Of a stretch of 64,000 bases of DNA, positions 1 to 13,600 are shown one piece after another; position 1 is the stretch's first letter; each line of letters opens with the position of its first letter. The notes below the pieces were generated by a model. That model was not told the DNA's origin. It was given only the letters and a program-made list of their open reading frames with translations, and did not search any database. The position numbers were made by a program, and so were the translations under genes. Source of the DNA: Phyllobates terribilis. Taxonomy: Eukaryota. The stretch spans positions 257,114,001 to 257,178,000 of the forward strand of contig NW_027362765.1 of assembly GCF_046119375.1 (NCBI RefSeq). The letters run 5' to 3'.

Positions 1-785
1 ACTTTTTGTTTGGCGATATGATGAAAAAGCATAGTTTTTTTATTTATTTTTATTACGGTGTGCACAGAAGGAGTTAATTAGTGTGACAGTTTTATAGATC
101 GGGTTGTTTCGGATGCGGCGATACCAAATATGTGTACTTTTTTTGTTTTTGCATAAATATACGAATTTATTGGTTTCATATTTTACTTATTTTTATTTAT
201 TTTGTGATTTTTTTTAACAGTTTGAAAACATTTTTTTTACTTTTTTTTTACATTTTTACTCAGTCCCTGTATGGGACATTAATTTTTATTTTTACAATCA
301 CTGTTCTCATGCAATGCAATAGACATGTATTGCATTGCATGAGAACTTTGCTGACAGTTTCACACTGTCTGTCTCCTGCTAGACTTCAGCTGCAGGCTGA
401 GCCTAGCAGGACACCATATATGGCAGATCGGGAGGCGGTCATGTGACCTCCAGCTGCCATAACAACGGCAGGTCCTGGAAGACATCAGGGGGCCGTCGGA
501 GAGGTAAGTGGACGACCCCTTCTCCTCTCACTATTTTCTAAATGGCGCGATCACTATAGATCGCGGCATATAGAAGATAGCAAAGGGTTAACATCATTGG
601 GACCTGATCCAATCAGGTCCCGATGATGTCCCCTGTCAGAGCTGTCGCTCTGAACCGCAACCGCAGCACTTGGAGGACCCTGGGGGTCCTGAGCGCTGCG
701 GGACCACCAACCGTTCATAAACGTCGGCGCTGCACAGAGCCCAGGCATCGACGACGTTTATGTACAGTGGGCGGTCTGGAAGCGG
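1..785. mobile_element. Right part of a TTAA-flanked non-autonomous DNA transposon (piggyBac-like ends)
   Basis: Ends ...GGAAGCGG|TTAA at 785-789. Positions ~100-140 (CGGATGCGGCGATACCAAATATGTGTAC) match 63970-64000, which lies inside a similar element starting TTAA|CTCCTT at 62338. Confidence 0.5.
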
Positions 786-794
786 TTAAAGGTT

Positions 795-1075
795 TGAACA
801 TTAGGCGAGAGTCTGATATGTTTTGTACTACAGAGTTCAAGAGTAGGGGGGATGCACGGGAGAAATCTTGTATGCGATTGTGGGAAGATGAGATAAGAGG
901 GGAGTAGAGAAGGCGATCTTGTGAGGATCGGAGGTTGCATGCAGGTATGTATCGGGAGAAAAGGTCATAGATATATGGAGGAGACAGGTTGTGGATGGCT
1001 TTGTATGTCATAGTTAGGGTTTTGAACTGGAGTCTCTGGGCAATGGGGAGCCAGTGAAGGGATTCTATAGATTGC
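795..1075 (-). mobile_element. L2/CR1-group LINE, 3' fragment of ORF2
   Basis: The translation LHWLPIAQRLQFKTLTMTYKAIHNLSPPYI...NLRSSQDRLL...FSRASPLLLN matches the typical L2 ORF2 C-terminus (LHWLP..R..FK, NLRS, FS.A.P.LWN). Confidence 0.8.
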
Positions 1076-1542
1076 AATCTTATAGATTGTTGGAGCCAGT
1101 CCACAGTAAAAAAGCAATCATAGAGTGTCCGGGAACCTTCCCACAGACTTTTTTTTAGCCAGGGCTACTTCTCGGCAGGGTTGGATGGGCCCACCAGAGA
1201 ACAGAAGACTCCTCTGGTGGGCCCTGGCTTCTCCTTCAGGACAGTTCATAGTACAAACCTTGCAGGTTGTGTTGATGATAGAGGCCACCATCTCCTTAGC
1301 ATGCTGCTGGTACTTTTCTGTGGGAATCTGCTTGGCTCCTACCAGCCTGGAATATTTCCAGTGAACTATGGCACGACGCCATGGTATTAGCGGTGCCATC
1401 CACAATTTCCTTCTCAGGAAATTTATTTGGTAGACTGAGTGGCTGCCCAAATACATTAGTTTCTCACAAAGGAGCTGAAGATACTGAGTGGCAATAGGTG
1501 CAAGTTTCTCCAGCATGTTAGATATCAGAGGGAGAACAGAGA

Positions 1543-1670
1543 GGGCAGCACAGTGGCTCAGTGGTTAGCACTGAAGCCTTGCAGCGCTGGGGTCCAGGGT
1601 TCAAATCCCACCAAGGACAATATCTGCAAGGATTTTGTATGTTCTCCCCGTGTTTGTCTGGGTTTCCCCC
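1543..1670 (+). mobile_element. tRNA-derived SINE, 5' part
   Basis: GGGCAGCACAGTGGCTCAGTGG (A box) and GGTTCAAATCCC (B box). Same family as the full copy at 37501-37768. Confidence 0.8.
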
Positions 1671-2961
1671 TCAGTAAAAAATCAGCCATAGAGTGGAACC
1701 TTCACACAGACTTTTCTTAGCCAGGGCTGTTTCTCAGCAGGGTTGGATGGGTTCACCAGAGAACCGGAGAATCCTCCGTTGGGCCCTGGTTTCTCCTTCA
1801 GGGGAGTTCATAGCGCAAACCTTTCAGCTGCTGTGGGGCTCCTGAGCGGGGGAGAAAGGTGGGCACTCAGAATAAAATCCTCTGGTGGGCCCAATGTTCT
1901 TCAGTTTGACACTGCTTCTTGTATTTCACCACAGCCATATTCTTTAGCTCGGTGAAAGGACTGGCATAGAGGGAAACCGTATCTACTCCGGCTGTCATTT
2001 CTCCTAGGAAGTCCTCTAGTTCAGCTTGTTGCATAAGCAATGGCAGCCCATCCAACATCAGCTCACACTTCTCAGTGGTGCTTCGACACACAAAGATCTT
2101 TCTTTGTGCCTTGAATTTCATGACTACAGAGATGGGCAATGGCCTGATCTGCTATGTTGTTTGAGAAATAATATGCATAGCACGTCCAATCCACAGTAAA
2201 AAAAAGCAGCCATAGAGTGTCTGGGAACCTTCACACAGACTTTTATAAGCCAAGGCTGCTTCTTGGAGAGAGTTGTATTTCACCACAGCCATATTCTTTA
2301 GGTCGGATGAAAGAACTGGCATACAGGGAAACCGTATCTACTACAGCTGTCATTTCTCTGCCACCAGGTTTCGGCCATTTCACACACGAAGATGCCTGGC
2401 TGTATGTTCAGCGGTGAAAGCCACAGATCTGCCTGCTATGTTACAGCTTTCAACAACTCTACAGCGGTGTACGGTTTGTCACCTAAGCATTAAGCATATT
2501 AGCTTCAGCACAGCCTGTTGCCCCTTGGCCAAGGCAGTCCAGCTTGTGACTGATGTGGTCATTTCGGAGATGGAGGCCGAACAGGAGGAGGAGGTGCAGG
2601 AGCTGAACAATGTGATTATTACATTGAGGTTACATTGGCGAGTCTTGTTTTTATACTAAATATCCGACTGTGTTTTTAATTTTTTTTTTTACGTCTCTTC
2701 AAATGTGTATTGGAATGCATCCTAACCCTGCTTGCCTTACTTTTTAAGCAAATAATCAGGATTAAGATAAATAAAAAATTAGCCCTAGCCTCTGATATCT
2801 GGGGCTATGTCTACAAATATCTGTAACAGCAACAGCAGACAGAACGTGCAATGGACCCTCTTGTGCGGTATACACTGCCACAAACCCTGCCTGCCTAACT
2901 CCTGCTATCACAGCTGGATTATTCCTCAGAAGGACTGTTAGTTCAGATGGATAAATAGATA

Positions 2962-4585
2962 CAGTGAGTATGGAAAGTATTCAGACCTCTTTAAATTTTT
3001 CACTCTTTGTTTTATTGCAGCCATTTGGTAAATTCTAAAAAGTTCATTTCTTTTTCTCATTACACTCTACACCCCATCTTAACTGAAAAAAAGAGAAATG
3101 TAGAAATGTTTGCAAATTTATTAAAAAAGAAAAACTGAAATATCATATGGTCCTAAGTATTCAGACCCTTTTCTCAGACAATCATATTTAAGTCACATGC
3201 TGTCCATTTCCTTGTGATCCTCCTTGAGATGGTTCTACTCCTTCATTAGAGTCCAGCTGTGTTTAATTAAACTGATAGGACTTGATTTGGAAAGGCACAC
3301 ACCTGTCTATATAAGACCTCACAGCTCACAGTGCATGTCAGACCAAATGAGAATAATGAGCTCAAAGGAACTGCCCAAGGAGCTCAGAGACAGAATTGTG
3401 GACAGATCTGGCCAAGGTTACAAAAGAATTTCTGCAGTACTCAAGGTTCCTAAGAGCACAGTGACCTCCATAATCTTTAAATGGAAGAAATTTGGGACCA
3501 CCAGAAGTCTTCCTTGACCTGGCCATCCAGCCAAACTGAGCAATCGTGGGAGAACAGCTTTGGTGAGAGAGGTAAGGAAGAACCCCAAAATCACTGTGCC
3601 TGAGCTCCAGAGATGCAGTAGGGAGATGGGAGAAAGTTCCACAAAGTCAAGTATCACTGCAGCCCTCCACCAGTCGAGCCTTTATGGCAGAGTGGCCTGA
3701 CGGAAGCCTCTCCTCAGTGCAAAACATATGAAAGCCCACATACACTTTGCTCAAAAACACATGAAGGACTCCCAGACTATGAGAAATAAGATTCTCTGGT
3801 CTGATGAGACGAAGATATAACTTTTTGGTGATAATTCTAAGCGGTATGTGTGGAGAAAAACAAGCACTGCTCATCACCTGCCCAGTACAATCCCAATAGT
3901 GAAACATGGTGGTGGCAGCATCATGCTATGGGGGTGTTTTTCAGCTGCATGGACAGGACGACTTGTTGCAATTGAAGGAAACATGAATGTAGCCAAGTAC
4001 AAAGATATCCTGGATGAAAACCTCTTCCAGAGTGCTCTGGACCTCAGACTTGTCCGAAGGTTCACCTTCCAACAAGACAATGACCCTAAGCACACAGCTA
4101 AAATAACAAAGGAGTGGCTTCAGAACAACTCTGTGACCATTCTTGACTGGCCCCGCCAGAGCCCTGACCTAAACCCAATTGAGCATCTCTGGAGAGACCT
4201 GGAAATGGCTTTCCACCAATATTCACCATCTAACCTGACGGAACTGGAGAGGATCTGCAAGGAAGAATGGCAGAGGATCCCCAAATCCAGGTATGAAAAA
4301 CTTGTTGCATCATTCCCAAGAAGACTCATGACTGTACTAGCTCAAAAGGGTGCTTCTACTTAATACTGAGCAAAGGGTCTGAATACTTATGACCATGTGA
4401 TATTTCAACTTTTCTTTTTTAATAAATTTGCAAAAAATTTTACATTTCTGTTTTTTTTCAGTCAAGATGGAGTGCAAAGTGTACATTAATGATAAAAAAA
4501 TGAACTTTTTAGAATTTACCAAATGACTGCAATGAAACAAAGAGTGAAAAATGTAAAGGGATCTGAATTCTTTCCGTACCCACTG
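2962..4585 (+). mobile_element. Full-length Tc1-like DD34E transposon (~1.6 kb, ~210-bp IR/DR-type TIRs, TA TSD)
   Basis: TA|CAGTGAGTATGGAAAGTATTCAGA at the left end and TCTGAATTCTTTCCGTACCCACTG|TA at the right. 2962-3170 is an inverted copy of 4372-4585. Confidence 0.95.
3356..4363 (+). pseudogene. Tc1 transposase pseudogene (frameshifts and stops)
   Basis: Contains MSSKELPKELRDRIV, WSDETK, VKHGGGSIMLWGCF and FQQDNDPKH...SPDLNPIEHLW, with 34 residues between the second D and the E. Split across several ORFs. Confidence 0.93.
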
Positions 4586-5459
4586 TATGTTGTGGAATAC
4601 CTACACTAACTAATAAACAAGCAAATCTCTCCCTCACACAGCAGCTGCTTTCCCTACTCTGCCTGTTTCTGGGTTAGACTGTGACAAGCATAGGGGCACC
4701 ATGTCTTAAATAAACCCGATGACGCTATGCGGCCAGCAAATCACTGTAATGCCACAACCAACATGGCTACAGCATTACAGTGCGTGGCAGGCAATCCCTG
4801 CATGTTCCTTGGCTCTCTAAAGAGTGCCAAACATGCAGGGCGGTGGACCAGAGCTCCCGCCGAGCAACCCCCGAAATACTCGCCGAGTGCCGAGCATGTC
4901 GAGCACTGTGATGCTCGGGGGAGTACCGAGTAGAGGTGAGCAGGCTCGCTCATCACTAGTAATAACGAATATTGAAAATTTGCTTAGAAAATCAGATGTT
5001 GACTTGTGATTCAGTAGTTTTATACATCTCTAGTTACAAATTAAATTGTACTAATAATATAATGGGTATAAGAGAGAATACTGATGTTAGCAAGCAGCAA
5101 ATTTGTGTGCCAACAGCAACAATCTGTGCTTGCCTATCATAAATGTCTTCAAATATTAAAAATTATTTTTGGCACCATGCCTTCTGATGATAAAAGAGCA
5201 TGACTGACACATTTGAAATCTCAGCTAAAAGAATATGTCTTAGTTCATCTGCATGTTTAATGCTTCAGAATTTAGGTTTCAGGATTTCCGTCAAACTAAA
5301 AGCAGTTTATAGCACTCTTCATTGTAGATATAAAAATTGGAAGCACTATGAACCCCTTTATGGTCTATGGGGTTCATCAATATCAAATTAGATGTGTTGG
5401 AAAGCAAATCCATTTCAGCATCATGGCATCCGGAAACTGTGGGGTTGATGGAAACAGAA

Positions 5460-6195
5460 GCTAAGTCTCCTCTTAACAGTTGTTGTAGAGATGTGTCTGC
5501 TGCTAGAACTCTGTGTGGCATTGACCTGGTCTCTAATCTGAGCTGCTGTTAACCTGCGATTTCTGAGGCTGGTGACTCGGATAAACTTATCCTCAGAAGT
5601 AGAGGTGACTCTTGGTCTTCCTTTCCTGGGGCGGTCCTCATGTGAGCCAGTTTCTTTGTAGCGCTTGATGGTTTTTGCAACTGCACTTGGGGACTTTTTC
5701 AACATTTTCCCAATTTTTCGCACTGACTGACCTTCATTTCTTAAAGTAATGATGGCCACTCGTTTTTCTTTACTTAGCTGCTTTTTTCTTGCCATAATAC
5801 AAATTCTAACAGTCTATTCAGTAGGACTATCAGCTGTGTATCCACCAGACTTCTGCACAACACAACTGATGGTCCCAACCCCATTTATAAGGCAAGAAAT
5901 CCCACTTATTAAACCTGACAGGGCACACCTGTGAAGTGAAAACCATTTCCGGTGACTACCTCTTGAAGCTCATCAAGAGAATGCCAAGAGTGTGCAAAGC
6001 AGTCATCAAAGCAAAAGGTGGCTACTTTGAAGAACCTAGAATATAAGACATATTTTCAGTTGTTTCACACTTTTTTGTTAAGTATATAATTCCACATGTG
6101 TTTTGATGCCTTCAGTGTGAATGTACAATTTTCATAGTCATGAAAATACAGAAAAATCTTTAAATGAGAAGGTGTGTCCAAACTTTTGGTCTGCA

Positions 6196-6198
<3 letters not shown>
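5460..6198 (-). mobile_element. 5' half of a second Tc1-like element (DNA-binding domain only)
   Basis: ORF 5795->5460 reads MARKKQLSKEKRVAIITLRNEG...KRYKETGSHEDRPRKGRPR (paired-like HTH plus GRPR motif). Terminus ...CTTTTGGTCTGCACTG|TA at 6198. Confidence 0.85.

Positions 6199-6237
<39 letters not shown>
6199..6237. repeat. (TA)n microsatellite between two Tc1 termini
   Basis: Directly visible. Confidence 0.95.
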
Positions 6238-6242
<5 letters not shown>

Positions 6243-7019
6243 ATACTTCATGAGCTACATACAGTTGAAACCAGAATTTTACATACACTATTGGTGTTGA
6301 GCGAGCACTAAAATGCTCGGGTGCTCGAAGCTCGGGCCGAGCTCACCGTGATACTCGGGTGCTCGACCAGAGCAACGAGCCCAATGTTAGTCTACGGGAG
6401 ACCCGAGCATTTTTGCAGCGGCACCCCCAGCAGTCTGTAGAAAGCCTAAAAAGTGCCCAAACGATAGTAACATTGCTCAAATTACATGGGGAAAGCATGG
6501 GGATCGCCCCAGGAAGCATTTCTAACCCCCAGGTCACTGCTGTCAACAACGTGGTCAGAGGTATTAAGCCACTTTTACGGGCTCACAATAAAACGTTCAA
6601 AAACGAAACTGAAAGTGCTTTCCTGTGAAATATGTTAAGGAACATCCTTTCCAGGGTAAAGACTTGTGTATAAGGTAAAATAAATAACCAAAAACAAAAA
6701 TACTCCTCCACACCTTGGGCTATGTTCAAAAGTAGCATTTTTTATGCGTTTTTGCACTTTTGTATTGCTTTCAACCGTGATAAATGCATTCACCGGGAAA
6801 TGTAATTTTAACATTTTACAACCTTATCTGCCCATGTGCTGTGTGACACATGCATACAGTGCAGAGAAGACATGGGAACAGCATGGGGAAGACCCCTGGA
6901 AGCATCTCTGACACCCAGGTCACTGCCTAAAAGTGTGCCCATCAGAAGTGATTCTTGCCGCATCAGACTTACAAGTCCTTGTCCCAGGGCAGTGTTCAAT
7001 TGTATCTCCCCCATACCTT

Positions 7020-8150
7020 GCAATGCAAGCGCAAGTATGCAGCCTGCCACCCACCCACCCCCAGGCTGCAATACCATACTGCTTGCTTGCTTGCACTTGA
7101 AATTGGGCCTTTTAGGCATGTGGAGGCGGAATCTGGCCACCACGTCAAGGCTGCGTCGGCGGCCTGGTATCCATGCTTAATCCCTAGCCACCCGGCGGGG
7201 TGGCCGGGTGTCCACGCTTGGTCCCCAGCCGCCAGGGGGCAGTCGGGTGTCCATAAACAGCCCTCAATCGACCCTATTTGTCCCGGTAATCTTCCCCACA
7301 CTTTTCTTAGCCTGGCCTGCTTTAGGGCAGCATTGGCCGAGCCCACCAGAGAACCAGACTCCTCCGTTGGGCCCTGGCTTCTCCATCAGGGGAGTTGAGA
7401 GTGCCAAGGTGAGGAGCATGATGATGATGATAGAAGTTAGCATCTGCTTTGTTTTCTTGGAATGCAAGCATAAGTGTGCAGCCTGCCACCCACCCACCCC
7501 TAGGCTGCAATACCATACTGCTAGCTTGCTTGCACTTGAAATTGGGCCTTTTAGGCATGTGGAGGCGGAATCTGGCCACCACGTCATGGCTGCGTCGGCG
7601 GCCTGGTATCCATACTCAGTCCCCAGCCGCCAGACGGCCGGGTGTCCACGCTTGGTCCCCAGCCGCCAGGGGGTGGCCAGGTGTCCATAAACGGTCCCCA
7701 GCCGCCCCTATTTGTCCCGGTAATCTTCCCCACACTTTTCTTAGCCTGACCTGCTTTAGGGCAGCATTGGCCGAGCCCACCAGACAACCAGACTCCTCCG
7801 GTGGGCCCTGGCTTATCCATCAGGGGAGTTGAGAGTGCCAAGGTGAGGAGCATGATGATGATAGAAGTTAGCATCTGCTTTGTTTTCTTGGAATGCAAGC
7901 GTAAGTGTGCAGCCTGCCATCCTCCCACCCCCAGGCTGCAATACCATACTGCTAGCTTGCTTGCACTTGAAATTGGGCCTTTTAGGCATGTGGAGGCGGA
8001 ATCTGGCCACAACGTCATGGCTGCGTCGGCGGCCGGGTGTCCACCCTCGGTCCCCAGCCGCCAGGGGGCCGGGTGTCCACGCTTGGTCCCCATGCGCAAG
8101 GGGGCGGCCGGGTGTCCATAAACGGTCCCCAGCCGCCCCTATTTGAAGGA
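7020..8150. repeat. ~430-440 bp tandem repeat (about 2.6 copies) inside the hAT element
   Basis: The unit start (G)AATGCAAGC..AAGT.TGCAGCCTGCCA recurs at ~7020, ~7459 and ~7890. Confidence 0.85.
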
Positions 8151-9016
8151 CAGCCTAACCACAAACATGTGGACCAGTGAATGTGGCCAGGGATGGTCCA
8201 TCTCACTAACGCCTTCACACTGGGTTAATATTGTGGAAGCCGGGACACTGTTGGACACTGGGATGCAACACGTCCTCCAGACATAGAGGATTGCAGGTCC
8301 TGGGTCCATCAGGCTTCAACACAAAGTTCAGAAGGTAGACAGCAGCAGTGGTCGGCCTCCTACACAATGAGTAAATTATTCATGATCATGAGATCATCCA
8401 TCTACTTAGCTTTCTGTTCCTTGGAATGCAAGCGCAAGCATGAGGTAGCGGCTAGGCCTGAGGTGGTCAGCGTTTTGGCGCATATCCTACCTCCTCCGAG
8501 GATTGCTGGATGTTTTCCTGCTACTATCCCAGTTCTATGACTCCCATTAAAACAAAGCTTCAGGTGATGAATGATGGATGAGGTGTTGGCAAAGGAGAAA
8601 GAGCAGGAGGAACAGGGACCATTCACATCAATATCAGGCCAGTCAACCACACATGTCTTGTAGGATATGTTTCTGTCCCAAAAGGAGCGGTTAGGCTACA
8701 CAGTTATAGGGCAAACAGTGAGTGCAATGCCTACCAAAAATTCCGAGGCACTCCAATGCCCCTTGGAAGTGACATGGAGGTCAGAGGGCCTTAACTAAAC
8801 CGTTTTTTACATTTATAGCAACTGGGTCTCCTCTACACTGTTGGCCTAAGCAGTGAATGGAAGGCTTTCCAAAAATTATGAGGAACTGCAATGCCCCTTG
8901 AAACAGACATGGATTACAGTGTACTAAAAACCTTCTACCCATTATTGGGGAGTGGGTCTCCCTTTGTGTTCACCTATGCATTGAAAAGCAAAAGCTGACT
9001 AAAATTAGGAGAAAAT

Positions 9017-10330
9017 GCAATGCCCGTTGGAAGAGTCGTGGAGGTTAGAGTTAATTAAAAACAACATTTCAATGCCCGTTGGAAGAGCAGTAGAGTTCAG
9101 AGTGGTTTAACAAGACGATTTTAATGCCACTTGGAAGAGACGTGGAGGTCACAGTAGCTTAACAAGACGGTTTTAATGCCCCTTGGAAGAGCGGTGGAGG
9201 TCGCAGTAGCTTAACAAGACGGTTTTAATGCCACTTGGAAGAGTGGTGTAGGTCGCAGTAGCTTAACAAAACGGTTTTAATGCCCCTTGGTAGAGCGTTG
9301 GAGGTCGCAGTGGAATAAAAAGGCAATATCAATGCCCCTTGGAAGAGTGGTGGAGGTCGCAGTTGCTTAACAAGACTTTTTTAATGCCCCTTGGAAAAGT
9401 GGTGGAGGTCGCAGTAGCTTAACAAGACGGTTTTAATGCCCCTTGGAAAAGTGGTGGAGGTCGCAGTAGCTTATCAAGACAGTTTTCATGCCCCTTGGAA
9501 GAGCGGTGGAGGTCACAGTAGCTTAACAAGGCGGTTTTAATGCCCCTTGGAAGAGCAGTGGAGGTCGCAGTAGCTTAACAAGACGGTTTTATTGCCCCTT
9601 GGAAAAATGGTGGAGGTCGCAGTAGCTTAACAAGATGGTTTGAATGCCCCTTGGAAGAGTGGTGGAGGTCGCAGTAGCTTAACAAGATGGTTTTAATGCC
9701 CCTTGGAAAAGTGGTGGAGGTCGCAGTATCTTAACAAGATGGTTTTAATGCCCCTTGGAAAAGTGGTGGAGGTCGCAGTAGCTTAACAAGACGGTTTTAA
9801 TGCCCCATGGAAGAGCGGTGGAGGTCACAGTAGCTTAACAAGACAGTTTTAATGCCCCTTGGAAGAGCGGTGGAGGTCGCAGTAGCTTAACAAGACGGTT
9901 TTAATGCCTCTTGGAAAAGTGGTGGAGTTCACAGTAGCTTAACAAGACGGTTTTAATTCCCCTTGGAAGAGTGGTGGAGGTCGCAGTGGATTAAAAAGAC
10001 AATATCAATGCCCCTTGGAAGAGTGGTGGAGGTCGCAGTAGCTTAACAAGACGGTTTTAATGCCCCTTGGAAGAGCGGTGGAGGTCGCAGTAGCTTAACA
10101 AGACAGCTTTAATTCCCCTTGGAAGAGCGGTGGAGGTCGCAGTAGCTTAACATGACGGTTTTAATGTCCTTTGGAAAAGTCGTGGAGGTCGCAGTAGCTT
10201 AACAAGACGGTTTTAATGCCCCTTGGAATAGACGTGGTGGTCTCCGTAACTTAACAAGACGGTTTTAATGCCCCTTGGAAGTGACGTGGAGGTCACAGTA
10301 GCTTAACAAGACAGTTTTCATGCCCCTTAC
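9017..10330. repeat. 52-bp minisatellite, ~25 copies, inside the hAT element
   Basis: Unit TTAATGCCCCTTGGAAGAGCGGTGGAGGTCGCAGTAGCTTAACAAGACGGTT. Positions 9121 and 10265 are exactly 22x52 apart. Confidence 0.95.
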
Positions 10331-10617
10331 AAGAGCCATGCAGTACAGCATATTCAAAACATTATTCCCATTATTGGTGAGTGGGTCTCCCATAGTCTTT
10401 GCCTATGCCTTCCAAGCAAAAGCTGCCAAAAATTAGGACGGAGGAACTTGCAATGCTGGCAACACAGACCACGGTCACCCTGGTGGTATAGTGGTGGTGG
10501 AGGCTGAGGATAAGGAGAAAAGCAAAAAACTTCCGAAATGAGGAAGCGTATACCCATGTGTGGGTGTGAAGCGGTGCATGGCAATACACCTCCCGAAATA
10601 ACACAGTGGATTTGACT

Positions 10618-13600
10618 TTATGTTACTCTGCTGTCATTTGGTGGTGATGAGAAGTCTGGCCCAATCCATCCCTTGTTCAGTTTGATAAGGGTCAGCTTGT
10701 CAGCATTGTCAGTTGACAGGCTAGCGGCAGGGCAGGCCAGGACCTCCAAGGCGTACAGAGCAAGTTCATTCCAAGTTTCCAGCTTGGATACCCAATAATT
10801 AAAAGGCACAGAGGAATCACGGAGGACGCTGGTACGGTCGACAAGGTACTCCCTCACTATCTTTTGAAACTTTCCACTCCTTGTGAGAGTACCCCATGCC
10901 TCAGGGCCTGTAAGCTTGGCAGGTCTCAGAAAACTGTCCCAGAATGTTGACAGTGTTCCCCTGCCTCTGTTGGATTGGAGCTGCGTCTCTCTTGCCTGTA
11001 CGCATTGGTTGGTCAACGAACTGTGACCTCTGCCGCTAGCGTGTTCAGATGGGAATTTTTTTAACAGTTCTGCAGCAAGGGCCTTCTGGTACTGCCCCGT
11101 TTTTGTAGACCTCTCCACCTCAGGAATAAGAGAAAGTTTTCCTTGTAGCGGGGGTCTAAAAGTGTCACCAACCAGTAATGACTGTCACCCAACATTTTGA
11201 CAACGCGAGGGTCACGGTTAAGGCAGCGTAACATAAAGTCAGCCATGCGTGCCAGACTGGTAACGGGCAAGACTACCGTGTCCTCACCAAGATGATGACT
11301 GACCATGCTCTCCTCCTCCTCCTCCTCCTCCCCCCTGTCCTCAGGCCACCCACACTGAACCGACGGTATGACAGTTGTACAGGTACTCCCGTCTACAGCG
11401 CATGATACCAGCTCCTGTTCTTCCTCCTCCTCCTCTCCCTCATTGTCCCCCAATGCATGTTGGGATGAGATGAGGCTGGGCTGTGTGTAATCGCCAATTA
11501 CAGGTTCTTGATCCATCTCATCATACTCTGGCTGCAATGCCTCCTCTTTAATTCTCTGCAGAGAGCGCTGCAAAAGACAGACAAGTGGGATGCTGACGCT
11601 AATGATGGCGTCATCGCCACTCACCATCTTGGTGGACTCCTCAAAGTTTGTCAGGATGGTACATATGTCAGACATCCAGGTCCACTCCTGAGGTCTTATG
11701 TGTGGAGTCTGACCTAAATATCGACGGCCTTGTTGCAGCTGGTACTCCACAACTGCTCTCTTCTGCTCACAAATCCTTTGCAACATGTGGAGGGTAGAGT
11801 TCCAACGTGTGGGGACATCACACACCAGTCGGTGTGCCGGAAGCTGCAAACGCTGCTGCAACACAGCAAGGGCGGCGGAAGCTGTAGCCGACTTCAGAAA
11901 ATTAGCTGACAGGCGGCGTACTTTGACGAGCAGGCAACTCGGGGTACGATTTAAGAAACCGCTGAACCATGAGGTTAAGCACATGAGCCAGGCATGGTAC
12001 GTGTGTGATCTTGCCTCGCCTCAGAGCCGCCACCAGGTTACGGCCATTGTCACACACGACCATGCCTGGATGTAGGTTCAGCGGTCTCAGCCACACATCT
12101 GCCTGCTCTTTCACAGCTGTTCACAACTCACAAGCAGTGTGAGGTTTCTCACCTAAGCTTATGAGTTTCAGCACATCCTGTTGCCTCTTGGCTGAGGCAG
12201 TACTGCAGTGCGTCCAGCTTGTAACTGATGTGGTGATAGCTGAGATGGAGGCTGAACATGAGAAGGAGAAGGAGGATGATGCGCAGGAGCTGTACACTGT
12301 GGGGGCAACTCTGACTGACATAGGGCCCGTAATCCTCGGTGTGGGGAGGATGTGTTCCGTCCCAAGGTCCGACTGGGTCCCGGCTTCCACTATGTTTACC
12401 CAGTGTGCCTTCAGGGAGATGTACCGTCCCTGGCCACAAGCACTTGTCCACGTGTCCGTTGTCAGGTGGACTCTCCCAGTAACTGCGTAGTTGAGGGCAC
12501 GGCAGATGTTTTGGGAAACATGCTTGTGTAGTGCGGGGATGACACACCAGGCTAAATAGTGTCGGCTGGGGTCCGAGTACCGAGGGACGGTCACTGCCAT
12601 AAGGTTGGGGAAGGATTCCGTCTCCACCAGCCTAAAAGGCAGCATTTCCAACGCAAGCAGTTGTGAAATGTGCGAATTTAGGACTGTGGCCTGTGGGGCA
12701 TTGGCTGCGAATTTGCGTTTTCGTTCAAAGGTCTAGGATATAGACAATTGAACGCTGCGGTGGGACGTGGACGTTGATGCTGTTTCTTGAGAAACTGCCA
12801 TAACAAGTGAAGACTGAGAGGAGGGGGCATCTTTGCATGCAGTGTGGACAGGGGATTGCCTTGCACGCACAACAGGGCATTCTCTTACACGCACAACAGC
12901 GGAAGAAGTAGTGGTGACACCCGCTGACACTGGTCGTGGACCCTGGGGTTCGCCCCACAAAGTCGGGTGCTTTGCTGACATGTGCCTGATCATGCTGGTG
13001 GTGGTCAGGCTGGTAGTTTTGTCACCCCTGCTGATGCTGGCATGACAGGTGGTACAAATGGCCTTTTTGGGGTTATCAGCAGAGTCTTGAAAAGAATTCC
13101 AGACTCTGGAAGACCTACCGGTTGTACTGGCAACGTCCCTCGTGTTTGTGTTATGGGGAACTGTTGCCCGCCTTCTGTGTGCAGCCACCACACTGCTTCT
13201 TCCTGCCTGTTGGGGTACTCTGCCTCCCTCTCCCTGTGTGCTGCTGGCCTCGCTCTGCGTGTCCTCCTGCCACGTTGAGTCAGTTACTAGATCATCCACC
13301 ACCTCCTCCTCTTCCACTTGCGCACCACGATCCTCCTCCTCACTTTGTGGCAATTGTGTCTCGTCATCGTCCACCTCTTGTGACAAATTGCCAGCGTCGA
13401 CTTCCTGTGGCCGTGGCTGTTCAAATATTTGGGCATCGCTACATGGGATCTCCTCTTCCACCACTTCAAGCGGAGCAGGCGAGGGGCACAAATATGGAAA
13501 AGGACCAGTGAACAGCTCTTCAGAGTGTCCAACTGTGGGATCAGTTGCTGTCTGACGACACTCGGCATGGTGGGAGGAAGGAGCATCAGGGTGAGTAGGA

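Larger units (their letters stand above)
1100..4958 (-). mobile_element. Old, decayed hAT element related to the 6292-16353 element, interrupted by a SINE and a Tc1
   Basis: 2360-2620 aligns with transposase region 12030-12295. 4590-4958 aligns with 15990-16353 and ends in the TIR CTCGCTCATCACTA. 1100-2300 carries the same GGGCCCACCAGAGAA...GGGCCCTGG repeat seen at 7330-7820. The left end was not found. Confidence 0.65.

Noticed and set aside
9017-10330. Regular 52-bp array superficially like a CRISPR array
   Set aside because: The units are homogeneous tandem copies with no unique spacers, there are no cas genes, and the context is eukaryotic.
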